A DNA stretch of 64,000 nt, taken from the NCBI GenBank assembly GCA_951406725.2, contig OX597814.1:215264001-215328000 (forward strand), in the 5' to 3' direction. The translations under genes were made by a program, and so were the position numbers. This DNA is from Octopus vulgaris. Lineage: Eukaryota. Below, in pieces: positions 40,022 through 53,800 of the stretch. The notes beneath the pieces are model-generated. The model had not been told where the DNA came from, did no database searches, and was given only the letters and a program-made list of their open reading frames with translations. Within the stretch, counting starts at the first letter, position 1, and each line of letters starts with the position of its first letter.

Positions 40022-40246
40022 AGGCGGCGGGCTGGCAGATTCGTTAGTACGCAGGGCGAAATGCTTAGCGGCATTTCGTCCATCTTTCGTCTGACTTCAA
40101 AATCCGCGGAGGTCGACTTTGCCTTTCATTCTTTCGAGGTCGATAAAAAATAAGTACCAGTTGAGTCTAGGGGTCGATGTAATCGACTTGATTCCCCCTC
40201 GCCCCACCTCGAAATTGCTGGCCTTGTGCCAAAGTTAAAATCAATA
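40022..40246 (+). mobile_element. Family-A MetaSINE-like variant with a different tail; older copy at about 40485-40700
   Basis: Head and Meta-like domain present. Tail cccc..gaaattgctggccttgtgccaaag replaces the gtttgtcccctctgtgtttagcccc tail. Confidence 0.8.
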
Positions 40247-41997
40247 AGTGAGTCGGCCACCCAGTTTCGATTCTTGCTCGCAATTTCTTTTTCTCGTCGT
40301 AAGTACCTCATGAGCACCGCAAATCTTTACTTCCCCTTTCTGGAGGAAACAGTTGGCAATATGTCTGTGATCTCTAATAGATCATTATGTTTAGTAAAAT
40401 TTAATTCTCTTTCCTTCTAAAAGTTGGTTAGAAATGATACAGATGTATAGAATTAAGAGTTATTGTATTATCGCCTCTGATGCTCGTAAGCTGGCAAAAT
40501 CGTCAGCATATTGGACGACCATACAGCTTTTATTCCGACTCCTGTCTTTCTGAGTTTAAATCCCGCTGGGATCAACTTTAGTTTTATTCTTTCTGATGTC
40601 GATAAGATAAAGAACGGGTCATGTACATGGTATCGACTAATCATCTCCTCACAGAAAATTATTTGGACAGTGTCTTGTTTGGTGGCATACACTTTGGAGC
40701 TCCCTACCGCTCACATACATCTAAACATAGCAACCAATATCCTAGTTAAATCACATCTTACCTTATTAAAATTAAAGGAAGAAAACAATGAATAATGATG
40801 TCCTAATCGTATAAAGAAGACTAAATGGTCTCGGATGGAATGCTTTTAATCATATACCAGGTCAGACAGAATGAACTGAGACTAAGCAACAAAACTAACA
40901 ACTGAAATTACACAGTCAGCCCTGCACTACACATTTTCACCATACTCCGTAAAGAGTGGTATTTCCACCTGATGTTACAATAGCTAACTTCTTTTGCGAG
41001 ACTATTTATCAAGAAATATTTCCCATCAAGCTATGTACAAAAATAATAATATTCATTCTAGAAAGAAACCGTATTTTTTATGCAATCAGTTAATATTTTT
41101 ATGGGGAAATTAATTCCGTACTTATTAGACGGTAATTGTCAAAAAATGTCTGCTTATTTTGGCAATAGTCGAAACTGTTCATTGTTTTGAGCATTAAATA
41201 TCGATTAGTTATTTACAAATATTTAAAAAGTTGCCCGTTCCACATATGCAAATAGTTATTCAGCTTTAATAGTCATGCTTGATAAACAGTGCTTTTGATT
41301 TCCCGCCGTTAGCATTGACATCACACTGCGATTGTAGTAAATATCCTTTGTAGAGATGCTACTTTACTAAAACATGTTTCGTTTAATTTTATATATACAT
41401 ATTCTATTTATATTTCAGTTTAAAGTCATAACTAATAATATTTACAGCGTTAAAGGGTCCGCATCTTATACTTCCCGATGAGTACAGTTTGTCTATCAAT
41501 ATCTGAAACAATTTTGCTTGCTAATATTGATTCTGCCAAGTAACAAGAGAAAAATACTGGACTAATGTTTTGTTTTACTGTCATAGTAGCGTCTATTTAG
41601 CGTTGATAAATTTTCATGTGCTGGATACTTTTCGTTAAAGGTCTAAAAAGGTTGAAATTTAATGAAAAAAGAAAGTTTATTGAGTACAGTTTAACCATGA
41701 AATGAACCTAAACAAAGCAGAATTTGGATTTTCCTAATAATCCTTAGAAACCTGACCAGAGAGTTGCCATAACCTTAAGCATTGTGCCTATTCTAGACCC
41801 AGCTCTCTTGCTTCGTCATGATTTTCTTATAATAAACATTTGCAACTGGCCATGCTGTTATAGTCTAAATGAGAGGCCACATCAGTATGGCCGTATATAC
41901 GTCTGTCACTCCACGGTCTTTTACATTCTTTACTTGCATAAATAATTGCATTACTTTTTTTCTACGTTTTTTGAGATTTGTATCATCCTTTTTTAAA

Positions 41998-43080
41998 ATG
42001 AGCAAACCAAGTTTAGTGAAGGTCTGTCTGTATTCGGTAGAATTTTAGAAGTTTGGGTTTATTCCCGCCTTGCATGATGAACGCACACCATTTTGTTTAA
42101 CGTATCATCAGACATTTGACTAATGAGTCAATGAAGGGAGGTTGGCTGGAAGCACAATTGAGAGTAAACCATTTCAATCATGTCAGTTCAAATTTGAAAC
42201 TCACAATTGTACTCTTGAAGCTAGCTACAAAGGTTTTAAAAAATCACATTATTGGAGAAGAATTGATTAAACCAGGTATCTCAGTATTTTTAAAGCTGTG
42301 TTACAAAAGAATGATAAAGATGATATGGCCATGCCGCTGAATAATACTGTCTGCAGCAGAATTGATGACGTGGAGAATGATGTTGAAGAACAGGTAACTA
42401 AGAAACTGAAATTATTGAAATTCTCAATACAAATGGAAGTATCTACCTTAAGGGACAGTGTTGCCCTGTTATTGGCATATGTGAGGTATATTAACCAAAA
42501 GGAGTTTCAGGAAGGGATGTTGTTCTGTAAATCATTAGAACCGACCGTTACTGCAGTTGATATCTACTGCAAACTAAAAAAAGATATTGGGATTCAAACA
42601 AAATACCCAAAGGAAACGTTCTGTCATATGCTGCAGTTGGGGCACCTGCTAAGAAGGGCAAGAAAACAGGACGCTAAAAGCTGATGAACGCTAAAAATCC
42701 AAATATGTTGACTGTACATTCATTTCTACTCCGAGCACAAGGCTCGAAAGATGGGTCCAGTCGATTAGATTAACCCCAGTGCACAACTGGTACTTAATTT
42801 ATCGACCTCGACAGGACGAAAGGCAAAGTCGACCTCGGTGGAATTTGAACTCAGAACGTAAAAATAGACGAAATACAACTAAGCATTTCGCCCGGCGTGC
42901 TAACACTTCTGCCAGCTCGCCACCTTATGTTGACTGTATATTGCGTTATCTACCGAGAAAACTTGATTGCCAAGAAAATTTCCCTTGTTCTTGACGAGGT
43001 TTTGCAATCTGTGATCAAGTGTGTTAACACTATCACTTCAAACGTCAAATCTGCTTCGAGCCAAGAGAAGCAGATTTGAA
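41998..43080 (+). pseudogene. hAT (Buster/Charlie, ZBED5/ZBED8-like) transposase relic
   Basis: KFGFIP..PFC..LTNESMK, HIIGEELIKP, PLNNTVCSRIDD, FSIQMEVST..ALLLAYVRYI..EGMLFCKSL, GAPA, and LTV(H/Y)CVIYRENL. Multiple frameshifts and stops. Confidence 0.88.
42721..42925 (-). mobile_element. Family-A SINE inserted into the hAT transposase with 17-bp TSD
   Basis: TSD tatgttgactgta(c/t)att at 42704-42720 and 42926-42942. Reverse-complement family-A head and Meta-like domain. Confidence 0.92.
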
Positions 43081-45576
43081 ATTACAAAACGTGGTGATTG
43101 ACGGCTGGAGCTAACAAAGCTGTCTCCTTGAACCAAGGAAATCTGCCATAGTCGTCAAGCAGATTCTCATTAAAGGGATTCAGTTTTTTCTTAGTCAATA
43201 ATGTACTTTTGTTTGTATTCGGTAGTTAATAAAAGAGTTACCAGTTGATACTTTTGTAAAATCAACCACCAGTGGGGCATACATTTTTCTGGAAAATTAT
43301 AGTGGGACTTGGGAGAAATTAGGTAGTGTATCTGCTAGAAATAACATCCACATCTCTCAAACATCGGATTATGCAATCCCAGATACACTTCAACGTGATG
43401 GTCAAGGCTGGAAAATGGAATACCTTTGTTTATAGGTTTGCTCACACGTGGTTCATTTGAGATAGATGGAAATTTTCTTTTTTCTTTTGAGGATGTCTCT
43501 ACACAGCCACCTGATCTGCTAGAAGTAGCGGCTAAATCACTCGCATATTAATCTGCATCGTCTTAAATTTGGGAAGAACACATCAGATTATGCAGTTCTA
43601 GACACTCTTAAAAATCTGACATAGGCAGGGCTGGAATACTTTTGATCATAGATTTGCTCAATTATAGATGACGTAGGACTAAAAAAATAAATTTTGCTAA
43701 CAACGATGTCTCTATATTGTCGTCTGGTCTGCTAGAAATAGCAGTCAAATCTTCAAATCTTAGCCGTGTCTTAAAAGATATACCCAGTGATGTTGTCCTT
43801 AATGTGTATAACATTGGGTAGTTATAGCTGGAACGTCTTCGATCTTAAGTCTTCTCGATCTGGGATGACCAGGAGAAAGAAACAGGAAACAACAGCTTCT
43901 TTTCTGCGTTTTTCTGAATTTTCGTACAATATCTTTTGCCATAAAATAATATGAAAACAACGGAAATATTCAAAAAATAAAGCGACTGCGTCATTTATTA
44001 TGCTTCTTTTCACGGCCTTCTTCAAATTTAGAAGGATGAACAATATTTCAATTTTGTCCAGATATTCCAATATTGATAGCAAAGCAATGCCTTTGGAAAT
44101 AGATTCTGTAAATTTTCTCTGTTAATTTTAAATTTGATTTTTCTTTTTTATTCGGGTTTTCAAATTAATATTACCCAAAAAGATATAATATTGTGGCAAA
44201 TACCGTAACCTCCAAAGCTTTCGTAGCAATATTGTGTGTGCAAGGCTAACGAAATTTATGGATGACATTTTTCTCGAAGCAGATCAATCGTAAAATGAGA
44301 TTGCATGGATAGAAACAAACGAGATAGATAGCCATTTGACAGTTACTTCATGGTTATAACAAACGTAAGTTAGTTTTACGCATGATCTCCATTGACAGTT
44401 TAGTGGAGTGGGCCATCCACGGTTTAATTCTTTGTAGCCGACAAGTCAACATAATACTCAGCTCTTATGACCCTGCTTCTTGTAGCGTGGGGTTAACAGA
44501 AAATAGAACGGATTTGTTTCAAATACCTGCTCATTTATCTGCTAGTAGTCCAAATCTTTCTTTAATGTTTAAATCATATCTGAGAATGTCCTCAAAATAT
44601 GATAAATATGTGTAATCACATAAAAAGGAAATCACAATGACAGACAAAATTAAATTTTGCACCATTTTCGGATTAATAAAAATGGCCACCGCATAAAATC
44701 ATTATTGATCAGTCATTTTGCATTAGAAATCTGGAATTCTCCATTTCTTTTGGATAATGTGAAGGATTGCGCTATTCAATGACGTTTGTACACGTCAATA
44801 CCTCTTCTAGCAATACTGCGGTGGTTCTGAAAAAGCAAAAACAACACGTATGAAAACAAGTGATATGAAATATAAATGATGAAAATGGCATGTTTATTTT
44901 CGCGTGGTAATGCATACGTGAATGCGTAGCCAACACGTTTCTATATTTTTTCGGCAACCAATCAAATTTTCATGTGATGTGGACCACTTACATTTCGACG
45001 AGGTCACGAATGTTTTTACTTATTTATTGTTTTATCTTTGAAAAAATTTCTTTGGCTGTGTAGTTTAATGTTCGTTTCGCATTCGGTTTCAATTTCATTG
45101 CGCGGCACTTTAGGCCGACTAATATTTTCTTCGGGACTTTGTTGGAGGAAATTTTGTGGAAGACCATCCTATCAGTGTGTCTTTTTGCATCTTTGTGTTT
45201 GTGTTTCAGCGTTTGACATCAAGTGTTGGCTTGATTAGGTTGCGTAACATAGAGCTTCAACAAAACGAGTCCGATATAACAAGTACCACACGTTAAAAAT
45301 AATAAATATTGTGTTTCGATTGACTAAATCTTGTGAAGACTCAGTCAAATTACTGAAGCGAGTGAAAGAATGAAAGAATGTATGTGTGTGTGCATGTGTG
45401 TGTGTATATGTGTGTGTGCGTTTGAATGTCAGTGTTAGAGTTTACGCCGGTGTTTTGTTTTCTCCCCTAATTTAGCGATATGATAAACTAAGACAGATAA
45501 ACCCATTTACCAGACAAGTACAAAGGTCGATATCATCGATAAAAATTCCTTTCAGTTATCATCCACAGGATCGTAG

Positions 45577-45619
<43 letters not shown>

Positions 45620-46319
45620 GTTACACACACACACACACATTCAGATGCGCGCATGCACAAACACACATTGCTGTTCTGGGTGTACGCGAATGTTTATAAG
45701 TAGCTTTTTTGTGTCTATTCAAGTATCTTGAACGACGGTTCAGCTATAAATACTGTTTTGAGTAAACGACTCCCGATAGTCCCAGAGATACCTAGACCGA
45801 CTAGAGATCACCTCCCCTTCATCTGTCGTCGCTAAGGTATCACCCTACCCACATAACGCAGCTGATTAACTAACGGACGTTATTTTCTAACGGACGTTAT
45901 TTTCTAATGTAGAAGTCATTCCTGCACTCCATGTTTCAAGCAGTGTTGTCGCTGACGCATCAAACACCACATTTCGTTGTCTACGCAACATTAATATCCA
46001 TGTGGAATGTTGAATCTGTCATTAGTGACTTTATCACTACAACCATGTGACCTGAACAGACCAGTTGGAGTACAGGTTTCTTAATAAGAAAAAAGCCATC
46101 TTGTTTTTTCTCCATTGTACGTCCATGTCTAAGGAGGTAGTTGGGTTTTTCATGTTCACGAAACGTTAAGTAACATGACAAGCTAACCTGTGAGTAACTA
46201 CAAATAAATACAAGTGTACCTATTTACTGAATGCTATTTCTGTTCGTTTCTTTACCCATTCGTCTTTCTCTCTGTCTCTCTTTCTCTATTTCTCTGTCTT
46301 TGTCTCTCTATCTCTCTTT

Positions 46320-46385
<66 letters not shown>

Positions 46386-48065
46386 TCGGCTTCTGTCTTT
46401 GCCTGTAAGTCTGTTTATCTCTCTATCTCTCTCTATATATACATATATACATATATGTATGTATATCTACACATGTGTGTATATGTGTGTTTGTGTGTGT
46501 GTTTATGTATGTAGGTGCATACTTTGTGTGTATTCCAAAAGTTGTATTATTTGAAACTTTATTTGAAGTTGTATTCACTTGTTGCTTACGCCCCATTTTG
46601 AAATAACCTATACCCTACCCAAATATCGTCACACCTCACCTTGGGAAATATTTGTCTATATAAAGTGCTGCTATTCATTAGATACGCATATTGATTTGCT
46701 AGCAGAGTAATTGCTAGTTGATTGAGAATTAATTCCAATTAATACACCTGTCAAATAAATCGGTACATCTGAGGTCGAGTTTATAGAATGTCACGAAATT
46801 CAGTTTACTCTTTCTTTGCTGCGAATTGTTAAAGGGATTGCTATGTATTCAATACACCGAGACTCGTAAAAGTTTATTGAAGAAATGGCAGTAATGATGC
46901 CAGTGTTAGTGAAGCAACAAAATGAGTTTCAGTCGATAATAGAAAAAATTGTTGAAACCAATTTTGGAACATCAAAATAATGCGCGTAGCTTTCACAACA
47001 GAAGACTCTGTGTCCAAATAATGTCGGGGCCACCAATGTAGAAAACTTAGATTCAATCAATGAAGAAAATATGTACTACAGAATAATTGAAAAAATCATT
47101 TCAGTGTATAAAACATGCTGAATACGAACATGTTATTTAACAAGCAGTTATTTAATTGTGACTACACAATGTTTGGGGAAATGTGTAGATTTAAAACTGC
47201 TGCTATTTCGCCAAGATGTTCTGCTGAGAGAAGCAATGTAAATCGAAAGCAGCGCCATATTCTTGAATACGTAGCATTCTTTTATGAACAGTATCGCACA
47301 TAAAAAGGATCATGCTCTCTTGACGATAGCCCTTACTATATCTACAACACTATATATAATAAGGTTTGAGTTTTCCCATAGAAGAAGCCTGTATGGAAAA
47401 AGCTGTCGCTCGTTAGATACACGTGTTAATATAGAAGAGAACTAATCACCGATTGATTTAAAATTTATTCAATGAATACTGCTGCGAAGCATAAAAACGC
47501 GTTCGAAATGTACCTCACGCTTCTCCTGGAGAAATTCATAACACTAGGGTGCAATAATTTCTGAAAAATTTGTTACAGTTCCTTAAAGGGATGTTAATTT
47601 AACATAACTGTAAATTAGACCACTGTGTACTAATTAATACACATCTGATTTATAAGCTTTAAGTTTTTTTTCTTTTTAGAAACTGGCCGATTTTTAATTT
47701 TTTCAAGTTGTATGGGCTGTGTAATTTTTGAAAGTGTTTCACTTTTTCCTCGACATATGCAGGTGAGACCTTTATGTTGAATTTTTTTTTCGTATGGAGG
47801 AGGCAAACAGCATATCTCTTTCAATGATATCCATATAAACTTCGAAAAGCAATATCGCAGCGACATCAGATCTCTCTGCTTTTCTCTCTTTTTTACTTCT
47901 CTTCTGCTTTTCTCTTTCTCTCCATCTGCCTTCTTGATTTACGCCTTAAAATCACAGAAGAGAAATTCAAAACACCGTTCAGAGTAAAGTTACCCGAAGA
48001 AGGTGTATTTATTATGCAGGATAGATCCAGTACACAAACTACTACTATGAACGGAATGAAATGTC

Positions 48066-48134
<69 letters not shown>

Positions 48135-48570
48135 CAAATGTTGCGAAGCAGGGAATCGAATCGCCTTTCCTAAGTGAGCTCCAAAGGATATTAAAAAGCA
48201 ACTGCTATCAAGCATCTTTAACCAAGCATTGCACGAGCATTAAGTTCTCAAAGACATTTTAAAATCGTTAACGCTCGTAGTTGCTTTTTAAACTGTCGCA
48301 CATTGATGCTTTGATGTTAGAAACTCTGCTGCAATCATCCAGGGATTTGTAAGAAAAGGTAGATATGCAGCTAAGCTCTCTGAGCATTACCCAAGAAAAA
48401 TTCTGTCTAGGAATCGACCCACACACGACAGCAAAGCGGATTATGCGTGCGAAGTGTTGTTCACAAATTGCACGTTTAGTAGAAAACAAGTGGAAGAGAA
48501 TTATAATCAGAATACCACGGTTAACATCAAAGATACTGAATGGAATAATGGAAATTAAAGGATTAAGGAG

Positions 48571-48585
48571 ACTACTACTACTTCA

Positions 48586-48641
<56 letters not shown>

Positions 48642-48691
48642 CACTACTACTACTACTGCTGCTGCTGCTACTACTGCTACTACTACTGCTG

Positions 48692-48754
<63 letters not shown>
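48571..48754. repeat. (CTA)n/(CTG)n trinucleotide microsatellite
   Basis: Direct inspection. Source of the poly-Leu and poly-Val ORFs. Confidence 0.97.
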
Positions 48755-48755
<1 letters not shown>

Positions 48756-49088
48756 ATCAACATGGGTAATTGGTTGAAATACTACATTATCAACATACAC
48801 ATATCGAAACCTCATCCTGCGCTATTCCCACGTACCTACCTAGATTAGAGGTATGAGCAATAATTGTTTCCATTTCAAATATAACGTAAAGGGATTAAAC
48901 ATTGCTTCCTTTGCATTTGTTTTCAGCCTTTCGTTTCGTATTCTCATTATTGTGGCTTTCTAAAACACTTTTGACAAACAAAACTTCACATAAAATATAT
49001 TACTCTATTACACACATACACACACACACACATACATACATACATACATACATACATACATACATACATACATACATACATACATACA

Positions 49089-49121
<33 letters not shown>

Positions 49122-49123
<2 letters not shown>

Positions 49124-50205
49124 TGGAACAGGAGATTGCCACAAATTACCTGGTGAACAAGAGAGATTGTGACGCTCTTTTAATCCTAAGTTGCAAGTGC
49201 ATATGTAGGCTATATCATGTTTCTGTGGAAGACATTACACATGTGATTAGCAGATGTCTTAAAATGTCGTCACAGTAGTACCTCCCTATGCGGTACGATG
49301 TTGTTGCTAAAACAATTTACAATGCCATCTGCAAAAGAAACTGTCCTGAAATAAACTTAATCACTCTATTATGGAATTCACTCATAAACACCAACTCAAG
49401 GTATACTGGTGGAATGTTCCCTTCAAAACTTCTGTCAAATGTAAGCATAACAGGCTGGATGTTGTTGTTTGGAACAGAGGGGCAAAGGTATGTACCATCA
49501 TAGAGGTCAGCTGCCTTGCAGATATAATTATATCTTTGAAAATCAAAGAAAAAGAGGACATCTATGGACAATTGTTTCAAAACCTCCAGCTTCTACATGA
49601 AGACTATGAATTCATATTTTATATCAATAATAATTGGAACACTAGGTTTTGTTAGCAAATGCTCAGAGGAGAATCTGGATAAACTGGGATTTTCAGAAAG
49701 AGAAATTGGCCTGCTGATTCGTATATTACAAGTGCAATCTGAGAGTGGGTCGGTAAAAATATGCACGACTTTTCTCAAGATCCAAAAATGATTTTGTCTG
49801 TGTTATCTATATCCTAAAGATGGAGCCTTGAATCTTTGTTGAAAACCGGCTCCCTCCTCAGTGGAAGATTTATAATAATTAAAAAGATAGAAGAGATATA
49901 CGTACGTAATGGCTGCAAACTCGTGTTCGAGTATTGCCATCGCCTGTTCGAAGGTGCCACACATGCGAAGGTTACGACCAGCTATTTTTGTGATAGGTCT
50001 TACTTTTTTTTCGAGTGATGCCAGTGCATGATGATTTTTAAATGTTTGCACAAATCCAATCCCACTCTCTGAACAGGGACAGCACAAACTCGAAAAGAAC
50101 TAGTCTACATCATCGAATATTGTCAGTGTCGTAGGTTTTCTCTCAGAGCTTCCCTTTCCCAGAGAGATAACAACAACAGAGGGGCCTCCCACTCCTAGTG
50201 AGACA
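49122..50205 (+). mobile_element. 5'-truncated R4/Dong-like non-LTR retrotransposon (CCHC knuckle plus restriction-like endonuclease, 3' UTR)
   Basis: LEQEIATNYL, CRL..VEDITHVISRC, MRYDVVAKTIY (RHD-like), WWNVP..KHNRLDVVVWN..CTIIEVSC (PD-D/ExK region), IIIGTLG. Stop at about 49791. (TACA)n upstream and (CCAA)n/(TACA)n downstream. Confidence 0.82.
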
Positions 50206-50296
50206 ACCACCAACCAACCAACCAACCAACCAACCAACCAACCATACATACATACATACATACATACATACATACATACATACATACATACATACA

Positions 50297-50490
50297 GGGA
50301 GAGTTTACGAAAAAAAAAACAAAAGACGAAGACAGGTGGTGTACAAAACAAACAGATGTATTAGTATAGCGCTCAGGAATAGAAAAAGTCTTTTACGTTT
50401 CGAGCCTACGCTCTTCTACAGAAAGGGACACCGAAAAAACAAGGAGAGAAAAAATGTGTGTAGTGGCTAACAATCTATCATGGCGAGACA
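50297..50490 (-). mobile_element. (TACA)n-embedded short element carrying a variant minimal hammerhead (50388-50429)
   Basis: Minus strand: cttt CTGTAGA A GAGC gtag GCTC GAAA CG TA aaag. Same family as 31085-31237 and related to 25360-25520. Confidence 0.7.
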
Positions 50491-53114
50491 TACATACATA
50501 CATGCGCACGCATATATATTTGAGAAGGAAAATATAGACGTTACCCAATTAATACTGCTGCTACTCGCTGCAGACTTTCCTTTTGGGTGTCACTAGCCTC
50601 TATATTATACTTTTGTAAAATGTATGCGTATATATAGATATATGAATGCAAATAAACGCATACAGTCAAAAGTACATTGACACCTAGAAGCTCAGAATTG
50701 CCAGACTACCATCATTTCTATTTATTGATTGATTTAGCTACTTACGTAGTTCTAATCATGTTTTTTTTAATACCCCAAGGTATTAAGATCAATGCGTACT
50801 TGCGGAGCAAATGAATTATAGAAGAAGAAATAACGATTCGTTTGTATAAGATAGAAATTGATTTGAAATATTAGGTGTGTATTTGTTAATGGCAATTGAG
50901 AACGAAGAATAGTTAGAAGTTAACAAACTCGTTAGCTTCGGAAATAATAGGTTGTGTTTTTCCTTTGAACGTGATCTTCCTTTGAGATTTGAGATCATTT
51001 ACTTACTGAAATCACGTTTTCTTATTTGTAGGACTGTAGTATATATCATTGATATTAGTTTCTCATCACATTTTTGGGAAAGTTTTTCTTCCTATAAATC
51101 TTCTGACCTCCCAGGCATACATACACATTATACTATATACGCGCATGCTATATAATTTGGTTTTCTTTTGTTATTTGCGTACGTGAGTGTACGACTATAT
51201 GTGGACATTTGCATGCATATGTAAGAATTATATGTACTTATGATAAGAATATGAATATTTGAGTGGGTAAGTATAGTTGAAAATACCCTGCATAATCTAA
51301 ACGTAATCTAAACAAGTGATTGGTAAAGATTTATTTCAGAAATCTATTTACTGTCTACTACAAAATAATCCATGTTTCTTAAGTAAGTCCTTATATGAGA
51401 CATTATTGCTTGTATTCTACATCACATTAAAAATATACATCCTTCATGATGTCAATCTGTTTAAGAATTTCAAAGATTCTTAGTAATATAGCAGTAAATA
51501 GGCTAAATAAGTAGTTCGTCTTTGCTGAATCGAACGGACTAATCTATATTTTATACAATGAATATCATTGATTGAATGAACGTATTATATATAACGGTCG
51601 TTGTCAACATTCTGGAGAATGTTTTCTTTGGCTCTCTACCAGGATCAACGATTCAATAATCTTCCTAATATTTTATAATTGCTAAGTATTTCCTTAGGTT
51701 GCAGTAATAATTTAGCATTCTTCTACGGTTTGATTTGTGTTAAATACATAAACACAAACATTTTTAATAAGCAATAACTATTATATAAGCAGTGTTGGTC
51801 CTACCGTTCAGTCGGTTACATTAGTCATCAAACCGTCGTATCTGTATAAATGAAAAATAGAATCTAATGGAAAATATTGATTTAAACTCTTTCAAATTAA
51901 GTATTATTTGCAAAATAGGTCTAGCTTTGGTTATCTGATTAGATAGAGCAATATATTTTTTATTTTAAAAATACTTCTCTTGAGTCTGTAATTTATTTTA
52001 CGCACTTAGTAAATTTAACATTTCGAAGCATAAATTTTCAAATCTTGCTTTTTAATAACACTTATAAATTATATATGCTATGAAAACTGCACCACCTTCT
52101 TTAAATATGTTGCTTGGCTAAGGTTTTACGAAAAACAATTTCAATTCAGTTATTTTTTTTTAAAGATCGTTATTTATAAACACACGTCTCATTCAAGCAG
52201 AACATACAATGTCCTACAAAACTGCATTAGCCAGAACGTTAGTTACATATTATGGTGCAAAAGCCGGTGCAAAAGCCTGTCCAGAATAGTAATCTGCAAT
52301 CAAAACTCATTATTGTAAGTAGAGATGTTGATCATAGCAGGCCCAACACAGCAGATGGTCATCGATCGACATTGATAATTGATTGGTTGATACAGGCGGG
52401 AGAAGCTTTGTTGCAGGAAAAAAAGTTGTATTGCAGAAACTCGCGATGTAGTGCACGCATGCGTGTGTCACTCTACTATCAGCAAATAAAGGTAACAGCC
52501 ACTCAGCTTTTACTGAAGGTTATCCAAAACACTGTTGATTAAAATAGTAGGTATAAACTGGAGTAGGATCTCAAACCCAAAGCCCACAATTTAAAGGTTA
52601 GAATCAGCATAACTAAGGGCAGCTATATATATATGCACATATATAAAACAATGGAACAAGTGAATTTTTAGAAAAAGAAAACTCATTGGTGCACTTAGTG
52701 TACAATGTCTGACATGCGTGGATGAATAGGGTATGTTGAGACATTTTATCGTGAAAACCTGCAGAACATATCCAAAACATTTCTTTAGAAACTGACCAAA
52801 GAGTCGTATTTGTATTCACTACCCAGAATAGCGTACAGAAAGTAGTTACATTTCAAATTTTAAAGCATTTAACAACGAAACACAGCAAATAATGGAGATA
52901 ACTCAACGGTATTGTTGATAGATACTTTAGTGTAGCATACTTAAACTTGCAACATGTGCTTCGGCGAAGCGGTCAAATAATATATAAATATGTTTATAGT
53001 TTCCATGAAATGACTTGGAAAATGTATGTATGTATTATGTATGTATGTATGTATGTATGTATGTATTATGTATGTATGTATGTGTGTGTATGTATGTATG
53101 TATGTATGTATGTG

Positions 53115-53330
53115 TTGATGTCAAAAGGATTTAGAATCTTCAAGAGAACGTGAAATAGTCCTTTTTTTCGGAACAGTGAAACTCGAAGCAGATAGAACTA
53201 TAAATAACAGCGTATAAGTATCGGGTTCAAAATCACTTTAGATAGAAAAAGGTCAAAGGTTGCTCGTAGGACTCAAACTCATACCTTCTGTAAAGGTGAC
53301 AGGTGTCCTACAAGTGAGCAAGAGCAATCC
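53115..53330 (-). mobile_element. Possible tRNA-headed SINE ending in (CATA)n
   Basis: Minus strand ttgctc...gagtttgagtcctacgagcaa shows acceptor-like and T-arm-like elements. Its 3' side abuts the (TATG)n run at about 53023-53113. Confidence 0.35.
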
Positions 53331-53457
53331 TTTGAATTCCTGTAATCATTTAGAAACGTTTGTTCTTACCATCGAGAATTGTATATTTTTGACATTCCAA
53401 TGAATTTTCTAAATTCTTATGACATCAATAACACCCAAAGCGGTTTCCGAACTTAAT

Positions 53458-53800
53458 AAAAGGTTAAAGATCCCCTTCGGTCACGAATGACCATAGGATT
53501 GCACCTAGAAAGTTACTTTCCGAGGCACAAGTCCAGGCAAGATTGTTTATGGAAGACCAACAGTTGTCCATGCATGCCAGCCTTCTATCCCTATGCCACT
53601 GATGTTATCCAAGGGAAAAGCAAAGGCTGATAGAGTTTGGCACCAGTGACATTGTAGCTCATTTCTACAGCTGAGTGAACTGGAACAACGTGAAAAATAA
53701 AGTGTCTTGCTCAAGAACACAACACACATCCTGGTCCAAGAGTCAAACTCACTACCTCATGATCGTGGGTCAGACTCTCTAACCACTGAGCCACGCGACT
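53458..53800 (-). mobile_element. Family-C SINE with RTE-like tail and 10-bp TSD
   Basis: TSD cgaacttaat at 53448-53457 and 53802-53811. Family-C head. Tail with ggaagaccaacagttgtccatgc resembles RTE/BovB 5' sequence. Confidence 0.8.

Noticed and set aside
43820-44620. Possible decayed transposase on the minus strand
   Set aside because: Only vague resemblance to P/THAP9-like motifs; cannot be supported without a search.
45870-45908. 17-bp tandem duplication ctaacggacgttatttt
   Set aside because: Ordinary slippage duplication.
48365-48815. 134-aa poly-Leu and 86-aa poly-Val ORFs
   Set aside because: Translation of a (CTA)n microsatellite; no other coding signal.
52250-52820. Possible hAT dimerisation-domain relic and 96-aa ORF
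   Set aside because: No clear motif recovered.
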